DNA from: Chthoniobacterales bacterium
GTDB taxonomy: Bacteria; Verrucomicrobiota; Verrucomicrobiia; Chthoniobacterales; Chthoniobacteraceae
DNA length: 64,000 nucleotides
Direction: 5' to 3'
Assembly: GCA_038207335.1 (NCBI GenBank)
Contig: JBBQZX010000025.1
Span: forward strand, 1 to 64,000
Under the pieces are notes generated by a model. It was not told where the DNA came from and ran no database searches. It saw only the letters and a list, made by a program, of their open reading frames with translations. Position numbers and translations under genes: made by a program. Positions 1 through 8,851 of the stretch are shown piece by piece (the first letter of the stretch is position 1; every line of letters begins with the position of its first letter).

Positions 1-912
1 AAGCCGGTCGCCGGCCGCGCGCCATTGATCGTAGCGCGATGAATCCGCAGCCACCGACTTGGTCTGCAAGGCAAACAGCGACGCAAACCCCGCCGCATTC
101 GCGGTGATCAGGCGAGGTGGGCGTGAACTCTCCGCCACCGCGCCGAAACCTTCCTGCAAACTCTGCTTTGTAGAGCCAGTCGCCGACTGGAACTCCACGC
201 CGCCTTTGAAGACATGCAGCTCCGTCGCGCGCTCCTTCACATCGAGCCCGAACACCGTGCCGAGATCGGTCACGTTCATCTGCGGAGTCCGAATCTGAAA
301 CCCGCGCGCTTGCGGCGGCACCTCGGCCGTGAGTCGGCCCGCGCGGCAGGAGGCTTCACTCGGTGAAATGATCTGCAACTCGGCCGGCCCCTCGATCACC
401 ACCCGCGCACCACTATAAAAAACCACCTGCGCCAGCCCCGATTTGAGCCGCAGCCAGCCGGGTTCCAAAGGCGCGCCGAGTCGCGGCGCACTGTCCTGGG
501 AACTCCACTGGGCTTCCACCGCACTGTTCAGCATCGCCACAGCGTTGCTCGTCGCCCTCTTGCGCTCGCCCGGCTGCGAAGCGTGCCATCCCCACCACCC
601 GCCCGCCAGCAGAGCAACCGACGCGGCCAACGCCGCCGCCCAACCGAGCACCTGCCGACGCACAGGCTGGGTGGGTGAAAGTGGGATGACATTTTGCAAA
701 GCAGCGCTTGTCTCCTGCGCCGCCGCGACAAAAAGGTCCGGCTCGGAAGCCAGTCGCGAATGCAGCTCGATGCGGAGAATGTATTCGTCGCGAGCCCTAG
801 GATCGCGGCGGAGCAGTTCATTCAACGCCCGCGCTTGATCCTCCGAAATCGAACCGTGGCAGACATCCGCAACCGCTTCGTCGAATTCACGCGAAGGAAA
901 ACCCAGCTTCAC
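1..912 (-). CDS. FecR-family anti-sigma factor, membrane anchored (partial; runs off the left edge)
   Basis: Not in the ORF track. Manual translation from GTG at 912, which overlaps the sigma factor stop (GTGA): MKLGFPSREFDEAV...; TM segment WAAALAASVALLAGGWWGW; FecR-like LRLKSGLAQVVFYSGARVVIEGPA...VTDLGTVFGL...LHVFKGGV. Lies directly downstream of an ECF sigma factor. Confidence 0.8.
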   Translation of the reverse strand, partial: MKLGFPSREFDEAVADVCHGSISEDQARALNELLRRDPRARDEYILRIELHSRLASEPDLFVAAAQETSAALQNVIPLSPTQPVRRQVLGWAAALAASVALLAGGWWGWHASQPGERKRATSNAVAMLNSAVEAQWSSQDSAPRLGAPLEPGWLRLKSGLAQVVFYSGARVVIEGPAELQIISPSEASCRAGRLTAEVPPQARGFQIRTPQMNVTDLGTVFGLDVKERATELHVFKGGVEFQSATGSTKQSLQEGFGAVAESSRPPRLITANAAGFASLFALQTKSVAADSSRYDQWRAAGDRL

Positions 913-1466
913 GGCGTGCTTCCCTCCGGTTGCGCCGCATTCTCGATGCAGGCCTGAAGCGTGAGGCGCAGCCGCTGAAGCGATTTGTAAATGGCCGCCA
1001 CGGTTCGGCCAGAAATTGTCGCCAGCTTCTCGATGCCATCGTGGCGGTAGTAATATCCCTCGATCAGCGATAGTTGCTCCTCGTGTAGTTTGCCTAGGCA
1101 TCCTTCCAAATGTCCCAGCCGCAGATCCAATTCTGGCCGCAACTCCTGACGACGCTGGGCCAGTTCCTCGGCCAGCCCATTCTCCAGCAAGGCCTGCCAG
1201 CGCTGGCGTCGTTCGAGCCATTGCCGTGTCTTGTTCAACGCGAACCGGCAAGCCCACGGGGTGAATGGCAGGCTCGGATCATACGCGTCGAACTTCTCCC
1301 ACAACACCAGTGCCGTCTGCTGCACGATGTCCTCCGCATCCGCCATATTCGGCACCAGCGCCGCCACGTAGCGAAAAACCTCCCGCTCGCTCCGCAGAAA
1401 CAGCGAAAGAAACCGCTGCTGCGCCGCCGCAGGATCTTCAAAATGGCGCGTTGGGTCTGGGGACAT
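909..1466 (-). CDS. ECF sigma-70 family RNA polymerase sigma factor
   Basis: DAEDIVQQTALVLWEKF (region 2), FTPWACRFA, and region 4 HTH LATISGRTVAAIYKSLQRLR. ATG at 1466 preferred over the upstream TTG. Confidence 0.9.
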   Translation of the reverse strand: MSPDPTRHFEDPAAAQQRFLSLFLRSEREVFRYVAALVPNMADAEDIVQQTALVLWEKFDAYDPSLPFTPWACRFALNKTRQWLERRQRWQALLENGLAEELAQRRQELRPELDLRLGHLEGCLGKLHEEQLSLIEGYYYRHDGIEKLATISGRTVAAIYKSLQRLRLTLQACIENAAQPEGSTP

Positions 1467-1686
1467 GCTTGAGGCTGTATTTTTACTTCCAGCCAACCGT
1501 CAGTTTTGGACAAATAATTTTCAGAAAATCTCCGATTTCCTGTTCCAGCGCTAATTCCCGTAGGGTTGGCAGTGAGGTGCGGCCCGGTTTGCGTCTGAGC
1601 TCTGAGGGCCGAGTCCATGCGCCTGATAATCCGCTCGATGTTCGGCGCCGTGATCTGCGCACTGGTCACGCGCACGACGGAAACGC

Positions 1687-2075
1687 TCATGCCCACAGAT
1701 TTCGGTCGAGAGTGCGGTATAGAATCGCTTCGCCGTTGTGCGGCGCGAGGACGTTTTCCTGACCGTCGAGATCGGCGATTGTGCGCGCGACTTTGAGGAT
1801 ACGATCGTAAGCGCGGGCACTGAAATTTAGTTCCGACATCGCGATCTGCAGCAGCCCTGCGGCGTCTTCGACCAATCGGCAGCGCGCCTTAATCATCTTC
1901 GCCTACATGCGCGCGTTGCAGCGAACTTTGCCGCCCGCAATGCGCTGCTTTTGCCGCCCGCGCGCCGCCGATGGCTCGCTCACGAATCGCGGCCGACGGT
2001 TCGCCCGACTCGCCACCGGAGAGCTCGCGGAAAGCAACTGCGGGCACGTCGAGATGGATGTCGATGCGGTCCCGT
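1687..2075 (-). pseudogene. comM: Decayed 3' fragment of comM (YifB/Mg-chelatase family)
   Basis: [17 protein letters not shown]...RCNARM*AKMIK...[20 protein letters not shown]...[10 protein letters not shown]. Matches the C-terminus of 6732..8264, with a frameshift and an in-frame TAG; no 5' part. Confidence 0.9.
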
Positions 2076-2140
2076 AAAATCGAGTTTCCACAGCAACCCG
2101 CCAACGCGTTCCCATTCATCATCCTCTGCCCGGCCCGGAA

Positions 2141-5100
2141 CTAGAGGTTGTCGTAGTCCAGAAACTCCGTGCCGGCCGGAACCGCGACGAAAGGCCCTCT
2201 CACCTGCACTTGAAGCGCATATCGGGCTTGCGGGATGAAATTGCTGGGCGCGCTCAAGCTAAGCTTTTTGGCGGCGATCAAGCCATCGATGGGGATCTCG
2301 CCCTGCGCGAAGTCATACACTCCATTGAAATTGGCATCGATGAAGCGGAAGCGCTGGGCGCCTAGTTCGTTGAAGTCCGCGATGGCACCGACGATGTGCG
2401 CGGCCGCGAAATCGGCGGGCAGGAAAATGGGCTGCGACGAGGGCGGAAAGCTCAGGACATCGATCTCGGATACCCCGAATCCCCCGGACTGGCTGGTGAC
2501 GACGGTCAGGGCGCTGAATTCCTGCCCTTTGATGATACTCTCACCGAAGAGGAAATTGACATTGTAGCTGCTCCGGAGGCCGGCGGTCACGGTGACGTCT
2601 TCTCCCACGGCCTGCACCCCGGTGAGGTCGTTGATCGCCGTCTCCACTTGAAAAGGGGTGGCATTGAGGGGAATTCGGACGGTGACTTCCGGGCCGAAGC
2701 CCACATCCACGTAAAGGACAAATCCGCCGACGCCGACGACATCGACGTTCTGACTCTTCGAGAAATAGCCCGGCGCCACGGCTGGAACTCCCGTGGCCGA
2801 GAAATCGAAAGCACGCTCGGCGGTGATGGCTCCCTGATCGCCCGCACTGCGGAAGGAGATTTCGAATCCGCCGCCAGCAGTGGAGGTCACCGTCACGCCA
2901 TTGAACACGCTGTTGTTCGGATTGCGATCGTCGATGTTCGGCAGTTGATTCAAAGCGAGCGCCACAGCCGCCGGGGCGTTTCCGGTGAGGCTGGCAGTCT
3001 TTTCGATCCCGAGACCGCTGATCAACGGCCGATTGCCGGCGGAGTTGAAATAGACGGTGAAGCTCTGGCCGCCTTTATCCAAAGCGTTGGGATTCACCGC
3101 GTTGTCCACCAGAGTCACGCCACCGGCGCTCTGGATCGAATTCAAACCGTTCAGGGCACTCTGAATCGTCGCGGTGTCGGCATTGGCGTCGATCAGGCCC
3201 GTGGTCTGGCCGCCGTAGGTGAGCTGGAAAGTGGTGAACCCACCGTCCGGCTGCAGGCCGTTGGGGGCATTGGAGCCACCGAGGAGCCGGGTGATGGTCT
3301 GTCTTTCCGGGATGCTGGCAGTGCCGTCCACGGTCGTCGTCACGGACACGATGGGGTGGAAAGTAAGGGCGAATTGAGTTTCGGCCCCGCCATTGACATC
3401 GGCCAGCAGACCGGGCCCGGGATTCAGCACGATGTGATCGACCTGCTCGACCAGCCCCGGCGCGCTTCCTTTGCCGGCGACAATCGCGGAGATGCTGTCG
3501 GCCCGGATGAATTGGACGTTGCCCGCCAGACCATCCTTGGTGCCGCCCGCTCCACCGAGGCCGGCGAAGACTCCACCCATTGTGGAATAGCCGTAGTCCT
3601 GACCGGTTTTGACGCCGATGTCGTGATCATTCACCTGGACGTGCGTCACGCTGCCGCCTTTGCCACCCTGGAGGCGGCCCGGAGCGCCATCGCCGGCGGC
3701 TAGGCTTCGGATGATGATGCTTGGGCCCACGCCCGTCACCGTGAAATTGCTCACCGAGCCGCCGGCCGCCCCCTTGGCCGTGTCCGTTGCCCCGGAAGGC
3801 GAGCCCGCATTGCCCGCGTTGCCGGCGACCACGGACAGGATGCTGGCCGGAAAGATGGAATCTTCGGGACCGCCGATAATCGACACCTTGGAAATCGAAC
3901 CGCCCGCGGAGTTCCGGGCGCTTGAGCCAGCGCCGTTGCCCGCCTGAAACACGGTGGACCCGCTGGCCGCGGGACCGGTGATTGATGAGATGGAGCCGCC
4001 GGCCCCGGCGCTCTGGCCCGACGCCGCGACGCTGCCGCCGCCCGCTTGCACCAAGATCGCGCCGCTGGGGATGGGGATGCCCGTGGAACCGCCGTAGGCG
4101 AACTGAGTGATGGAGCCACCGTGACCGCCATTGGAGCCGTTGCCGGCCTTGATCGTGAGATTGCGGCTGGCGAAAAGTCCACTCGGTTTGGCCCCTTTTA
4201 CGCCAGTGATACTGCCGCCGGTGCCGGGTTTCGCGCCCGTCGCCCCCGCATTGCCGGCGATCACGAGGCCGAAGCTGTCCGCCAGTGCGTCGAACGGAAG
4301 GTCGCCTTCGCCCGCCAAGACACGCGTAGCCAGCAAGGACCCCCCGTTGCCGGCCGCGCCGCCGCCGCCATTGCCGCCATCGCCCGCCGTGAGGGCGACC
4401 GAGCCCGCGGCGACGACCGACGTTTTGGCGATGGAGCCTCCCGCCCCGCCACTCGAAAGATTGCCCGGGGCGGTGCCTCCATTGCCGCCGGGATCAACGA
4501 TGACTTGGACATACACGGGCGTCTGGGCACCGTAGATGCCCGTCGCGACGAGGTTCAGCCCGGCCACCTGGCCACTCGCCCCGCCGTTTCCAGATCCGAG
4601 GTTTTTGCCGCCTTTCCCCGTCCTGATCGTGTGAGTGAGATCGACCGTGGTGATCGTGGAATTCAGCAGCGAGCCCCCTGCGGCCGCAGTCGCTCCATCG
4701 CCCCCGGCTCCGGTTCGTAGAAACGCGTTGCCGCTCAAATGGGTCGCCGCGCCGCGGCTATTGCTGTCTTGGATCACGAGTCCCGTGACCGAACCGCCGA
4801 TGCCTCCCGCGCCGCTCACGCTGTCGCCGCCATCGGCCGCCACCCCGCTATTTACGTTGAGGGATGAGAAATCGGCCGCCCCCACCGTCTTGAGACCGGC
4901 GATATTCCCGCCCCGGCCGCCTTTCCCCGTCGTGCCGTTGCCGCCAGTGCCGGCATTGGCGACCACGTCGCGGGCAAAGATGCTGGCGGCCTGCAGGATT
5001 TTGATGTCGCTCACGGAGCCGCCATCGCCCCCGGCTTTTCCGCTGCTGCCATTGCCGCCGAGCACGGAGAGACCGGAGCCGAGCAGCGCGACGCCGGTGA

Positions 5101-6484
5101 TCGAGCCGCCCTTGGCCCCAAGAGCGTTGGCGCTGGCCAAACCGCCCTCTCCGGCATCAACGACAATTTGGGCGTTCACGGCATTGAGGGCATTATTTTG
5201 CACCGCTCGATTCAGGATCTCCACCTTCGAAATGGCACCACCCGCACCGGCCTGGACGCCATCGCCCGCCAAGGAAGAGCCGCCGCCACCGCTGACGACG
5301 TCGATATCGTTGCCCGCCGCATTGTCTGTCGCGAGAGCGATCCGAACGGCCGACACCGCACCACCTGCACCCGCTATCTTGCCGTTGCCTCCGAATCCGG
5401 CGTAGAGAGCCACCTGTTCGTGCAGCAATTCCCCGCTAGGTTTGCCGGCCTTCGTGTAGCCGATAAAAATGGAAGACGCCGCGCCCCCCGAGCCGGCGGT
5501 GCCAGCCGGAGCAGCGCCACCGTTACCCGCCAGTAGAGTGATGGCTTCAGTGGAGTTATCGGTGGTCCCCGCGATGTAGAGACCTTGCAGTTTGCCCCCG
5601 GCTCCGCCCTTCGGCTTGGCCGCGCCGGGGATGGCGTCGCCGCCGTTCCCGGCCAAGAGGAACAGGCCATTTGCGTCGCCGAGGATTTGGATATTCGTGA
5701 GCGAGCCTCCGGCCGCGCCCTCCCCGCCGTTCCCGGCCGCGATCGTGCTGATGGCCGTGGTGGTGAGATTGGAGATGGAGGGACCGGCCTGGCCACTGGC
5801 CGGAGTGAAGGTCAACGGAGCGCTCAGCGGCACGCCCGGGAAGAAAGCGAACTTTTGCTCGACCGTCGCGGAACCAGCCCGGACGTCGGTGGCACTCGTG
5901 AAAGTAGCCTTGGCGATGCTCCCCCCGGTGAGGATTTTCCCGGAGATGACGCCCGCGGAAAGGGACACGATCCCCTGGTCCGCGAGGACGTGATTCGTGG
6001 TGACCTTGTCATTGGCCACGTCGAAATTGCTCACGACATCGGCCCCAATGTTCCCTTTGACGACGAGGCTCACCTTCGACCCCAGCGCCAGACCCATCAG
6101 CTCGTCGCGCTGGATCTCGTTGTCGTGATTCTTGTCCTGAAAAAAAGCCACGATCGTCCCACCTTTGACGGTGAGAAATTCCTCGAAGGTGCCGCCCGGC
6201 CCGGCGACATCGATGCGATTGTAAGCCTTCCCCGCACCCAGCTCGACATAATACGTGCTCGCCGTGTGCCCGACCGCGTTGCTGATGGCATCCGTCCCCG
6301 TCGCCATATTGACGAATGGGGAATCGGAATACTCGGTATCCGTCGAACTAAGGACGAGGCCGACCTGAAGGGAGGCGGGAGCGATGCGACTTTCCAAGGG
6401 TTCAATCCCGGGAGAAAGTGAGCGCACGGTGGAGGCGGGCAAACCCTTGGAGCCAACCATGGGGAGAGTATTAAAATTCCGCAT
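2141..6484 (-). CDS. Large glycine-rich secreted/surface protein with an LEPR-XLL-type N-terminal motif
   Basis: IEPLESRIAPA near the N-terminus (PVC extracellular-protein motif) and many AGxGGxG...GGxGGSI units. Start placed at the ATG of MRNFNT; the longer ORF start overlaps comM. Confidence 0.75.
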   Translation of the reverse strand: MRNFNTLPMVGSKGLPASTVRSLSPGIEPLESRIAPASLQVGLVLSSTDTEYSDSPFVNMATGTDAISNAVGHTASTYYVELGAGKAYNRIDVAGPGGTFEEFLTVKGGTIVAFFQDKNHDNEIQRDELMGLALGSKVSLVVKGNIGADVVSNFDVANDKVTTNHVLADQGIVSLSAGVISGKILTGGSIAKATFTSATDVRAGSATVEQKFAFFPGVPLSAPLTFTPASGQAGPSISNLTTTAISTIAAGNGGEGAAGGSLTNIQILGDANGLFLLAGNGGDAIPGAAKPKGGAGGKLQGLYIAGTTDNSTEAITLLAGNGGAAPAGTAGSGGAASSIFIGYTKAGKPSGELLHEQVALYAGFGGNGKIAGAGGAVSAVRIALATDNAAGNDIDVVSGGGGSSLAGDGVQAGAGGAISKVEILNRAVQNNALNAVNAQIVVDAGEGGLASANALGAKGGSITGVALLGSGLSVLGGNGSSGKAGGDGGSVSDIKILQAASIFARDVVANAGTGGNGTTGKGGRGGNIAGLKTVGAADFSSLNVNSGVAADGGDSVSGAGGIGGSVTGLVIQDSNSRGAATHLSGNAFLRTGAGGDGATAAAGGSLLNSTITTVDLTHTIRTGKGGKNLGSGNGGASGQVAGLNLVATGIYGAQTPVYVQVIVDPGGNGGTAPGNLSSGGAGGSIAKTSVVAAGSVALTAGDGGNGGGGAAGNGGSLLATRVLAGEGDLPFDALADSFGLVIAGNAGATGAKPGTGGSITGVKGAKPSGLFASRNLTIKAGNGSNGGHGGSITQFAYGGSTGIPIPSGAILVQAGGGSVAASGQSAGAGGSISSITGPAASGSTVFQAGNGAGSSARNSAGGSISKVSIIGGPEDSIFPASILSVVAGNAGNAGSPSGATDTAKGAAGGSVSNFTVTGVGPSIIIRSLAAGDGAPGRLQGGKGGSVTHVQVNDHDIGVKTGQDYGYSTMGGVFAGLGGAGGTKDGLAGNVQFIRADSISAIVAGKGSAPGLVEQVDHIVLNPGPGLLADVNGGAETQFALTFHPIVSVTTTVDGTASIPERQTITRLLGGSNAPNGLQPDGGFTTFQLTYGGQTTGLIDANADTATIQSALNGLNSIQSAGGVTLVDNAVNPNALDKGGQSFTVYFNSAGNRPLISGLGIEKTASLTGNAPAAVALALNQLPNIDDRNPNNSVFNGVTVTSTAGGGFEISFRSAGDQGAITAERAFDFSATGVPAVAPGYFSKSQNVDVVGVGGFVLYVDVGFGPEVTVRIPLNATPFQVETAINDLTGVQAVGEDVTVTAGLRSSYNVNFLFGESIIKGQEFSALTVVTSQSGGFGVSEIDVLSFPPSSQPIFLPADFAAAHIVGAIADFNELGAQRFRFIDANFNGVYDFAQGEIPIDGLIAAKKLSLSAPSNFIPQARYALQVQVRGPFVAVPAGTEFLDYDNL

Positions 6485-6731
6485 GACGAGACCGTGGGTC
6501 GAGTGAGACGTTGGAAACCGGGGAACAGGACTATTCCTGCCACCAATTTTTCCCAAACGCCAATGCAATCGCAAACGGAAACAAAGTTCGTTTCGGCGGA
6601 TGACTGGGCGCAAAATGGAGCCTTGCGCCTCAACCGAAGGGTCCTTCCTGAAAAGGTGACTGGAGTTCCAGCGGCAACTGATCTTCGCGTGCACGATTTC
6701 CGCGTCGGGCTTGACCGAGCGCGTCGAATGT

Positions 6732-8264
6732 CTAAGCCCAGAGGTTTCGGTCCAGCGTGCGATACTGAATCGCCTCGGCAACGTGCTCGGGTAGGATCGA
6801 TTCCTTTCCGTCCAAGTCGGCAATCGTGCGTGCGACTTTCAGGATGCGATCGTAAGCACGGGCACTCAAGTTGAGTTCGGTCATAGCCATTTGGATCAGC
6901 CCGGCGGAGGCTTCGCCGAGCGCGCAGTGAATCTTGATCATCTTCGCGGTCATCCGCGAATTGCAGCGCGTTTTGGTCTTCGCGAAACGCGCGCCTTGCA
7001 CCGCTCGCGCCGTCATCACCCGCTCGCGAATCGCGGCGGAAAATTCGCCGGGCTCGGTGCCGGCAAGTTCGCGAAACTGCACCGCGGGCACTTCCAGGTG
7101 AATGTCGATGCGATCGAGCAACGGCCCGGAGATGCGCTGCCGATACCGCTCGACCTGCTGCGGGCTGCAGCGGCACTCGCGTTTCGGGTCGCCAAAATAG
7201 CCGCACGGGCAGGGATTGAGAGCACAAACCAAAATAAAGTCGGCTGGAAAAGTCATCGAGCCGGATGCGCGCGAAATGTTCACGCGGGTATCCTCCAGCG
7301 GCTGTCTCAAAACCTCGAGTGTGGAGCGTTTGAACTCCGGTAGTTCGTCGAGAAAAAGCACGCCGTTGTGCGCGACGGAAATCTCGCCGGGACTCGGAGT
7401 CGCTCCGCCACCGATGAGGCCGACATCGGAAATCGTGTGGTGCGGCGCGCGAAACGGTCGCACGGCCACGAAAGCATTCTCGGCCGTGAGCAGCCCGCAG
7501 ATGCTGTGAATCTTCGTGCTCTCGATCGCCTCTTCGAGCGTCATCGGTGGCATCACGGTTGGAATGCGCTTAGCGATCATCGATTTGCCGGAACCCGGCG
7601 GTCCGAGCATCAGGAGGTTGTGACCACCGGAGACGGCGACTTCGATCGCGCGCTTCACATGGTACTGGCCACGGACGTCGGCGAAATCGAGGTCGTAATT
7701 TTGGTGTCGCGCGAAAAACTCACTCAGGTCCTCACGCACGGCCGTAAGCGGTTGTTTCCCGAGGAGGAACTCATACGTTTCGCGCAGATTCCGCACGCCA
7801 TAGACCTCGATGCCTTCCACCATCGCGGCCTCTCGCGCGTTCTGCTCCGGCACGACCACCGCGCGCTTTCCGCGGCGTCGGGCTTCGATCGCGATTGGCA
7901 GTACGCCCTTCACCGGTCGCACCGCGCCGGTGAGCGCGAGTTCGCCGACGAAGCAGTATTTATCGGCGTCCGGCAGCTCCACTTCCTCGCTCGCCGCAAT
8001 CATTCCGAGCGCGATCGGCAGGTCAAAGCTCGGCCCTTCTTTCTTCACATCGGCGGGCGCAAGGTTGACCGTCATCCGCCCGCGCGCCCAGCGGTAGCCG
8101 CTATTGCCGATGGCCGTCGTCACGCGGTCCTTGCTCTCTTTCACCGCGACATCGGGCAAGCCGACCACGACGATCACGGGACTGCCCGCGCCCGCATTGA
8201 CCTCGATCTCCACCTCGTACGCATCAACCCCAAAAACAGCTGCGGAATAGACCTTGGCAAGCAC
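6732..8264 (-). CDS. comM: ComM / YifB family Mg-chelatase-like AAA+ ATPase (competence helicase)
   Basis: [21 protein letters not shown], Walker [34 protein letters not shown] Zn motif, [21 protein letters not shown] start (MLAKVYSA). Confidence 0.95.
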   Translation of the reverse strand: MLAKVYSAAVFGVDAYEVEIEVNAGAGSPVIVVVGLPDVAVKESKDRVTTAIGNSGYRWARGRMTVNLAPADVKKEGPSFDLPIALGMIAASEEVELPDADKYCFVGELALTGAVRPVKGVLPIAIEARRRGKRAVVVPEQNAREAAMVEGIEVYGVRNLRETYEFLLGKQPLTAVREDLSEFFARHQNYDLDFADVRGQYHVKRAIEVAVSGGHNLLMLGPPGSGKSMIAKRIPTVMPPMTLEEAIESTKIHSICGLLTAENAFVAVRPFRAPHHTISDVGLIGGGATPSPGEISVAHNGVLFLDELPEFKRSTLEVLRQPLEDTRVNISRASGSMTFPADFILVCALNPCPCGYFGDPKRECRCSPQQVERYRQRISGPLLDRIDIHLEVPAVQFRELAGTEPGEFSAAIRERVMTARAVQGARFAKTKTRCNSRMTAKMIKIHCALGEASAGLIQMAMTELNLSARAYDRILKVARTIADLDGKESILPEHVAEAIQYRTLDRNLWA

Positions 8265-8293
8265 GGCAGCGGAGAATCGCAAGCGGCTTTCGA

Positions 8294-8311
8294 AAAGCAA
8301 AGTTTTGCTTT
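8294..8311. promoter_or_regulatory. Perfect palindrome AAAGCAAA-GT-TTTGCTTT upstream of comM; candidate operator
   Basis: 8-bp perfect arms with a 2-nt spacer, AT-rich, about 30 bp upstream of the comM start. Function inferred. Confidence 0.4.
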
Positions 8312-8397
8312 AAAGACAGCAAAACGACGCCCGGCAAATGTGTCATTCCCACCCAAAAGCCCCCATGACTTCGTCGTGCTGGCGTCGCCCTCGCTTC

Positions 8398-8806
8398 AAC
8401 CCCTGCCCGTGCGGCTACTTCGGCGATCCGAAACGCGAATGCCTGTGCAGCCCGCAGCAGGTCGAGCGGTATCGCCAGCGCATTTCCGGGCCGTTGCTCG
8501 ACCGCATCGACATCCACCTCGAAGTGCCCTCCGTGCAGTTCCACGAGCTCTCCAACGCCGTGCCCGGCGAGTCGTCGGAATCGATGAGCGCAAAAGCAAA
8601 TCAAGGCCCACTGCGCGCTCAGCGAAGAGGCCAGCGGACTCATCCAGCTCGCGATGTCCGAGCCGAACCTCAGCGCCCGCGCCTACGACCGCATCCTGAA
8701 AGTCGCGCGCACCATCGCCGATCTGGACGGCCAGGAGAATCTCCAGCCGCACCACCTCAGCGAGGCGATCCAGTACCGCACCCTCGACTGCAATCTGTGG
8801 GCCTGA
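8398..8806 (+). pseudogene. comM: Second decayed comM 3' fragment, inverted relative to the intact gene
   Basis: [44 protein letters not shown]..., then an internal deletion and frameshift near 8580-8600, then KQIKAHCALSEEASGLIQLAM...[20 protein letters not shown]...YRTLDCNLWA*. Confidence 0.92.
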
Positions 8807-8851
8807 AAAGTTGAGGTTCCAGCGACACGCGCATTCGTGAAAATTGCGCCA

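Noticed and set aside
6485..6823. N-terminal extension of the 1560-aa ORF
   Set aside because: It overlaps the comM 3' end and intergenic DNA and has no protein-like features before MRNFNT.
1687..8806. Diversity-generating retroelement (template/variable repeat) explanation for the comM repeats
   Set aside because: No reverse transcriptase in the window, and the differences are mostly synonymous rather than adenine-specific.
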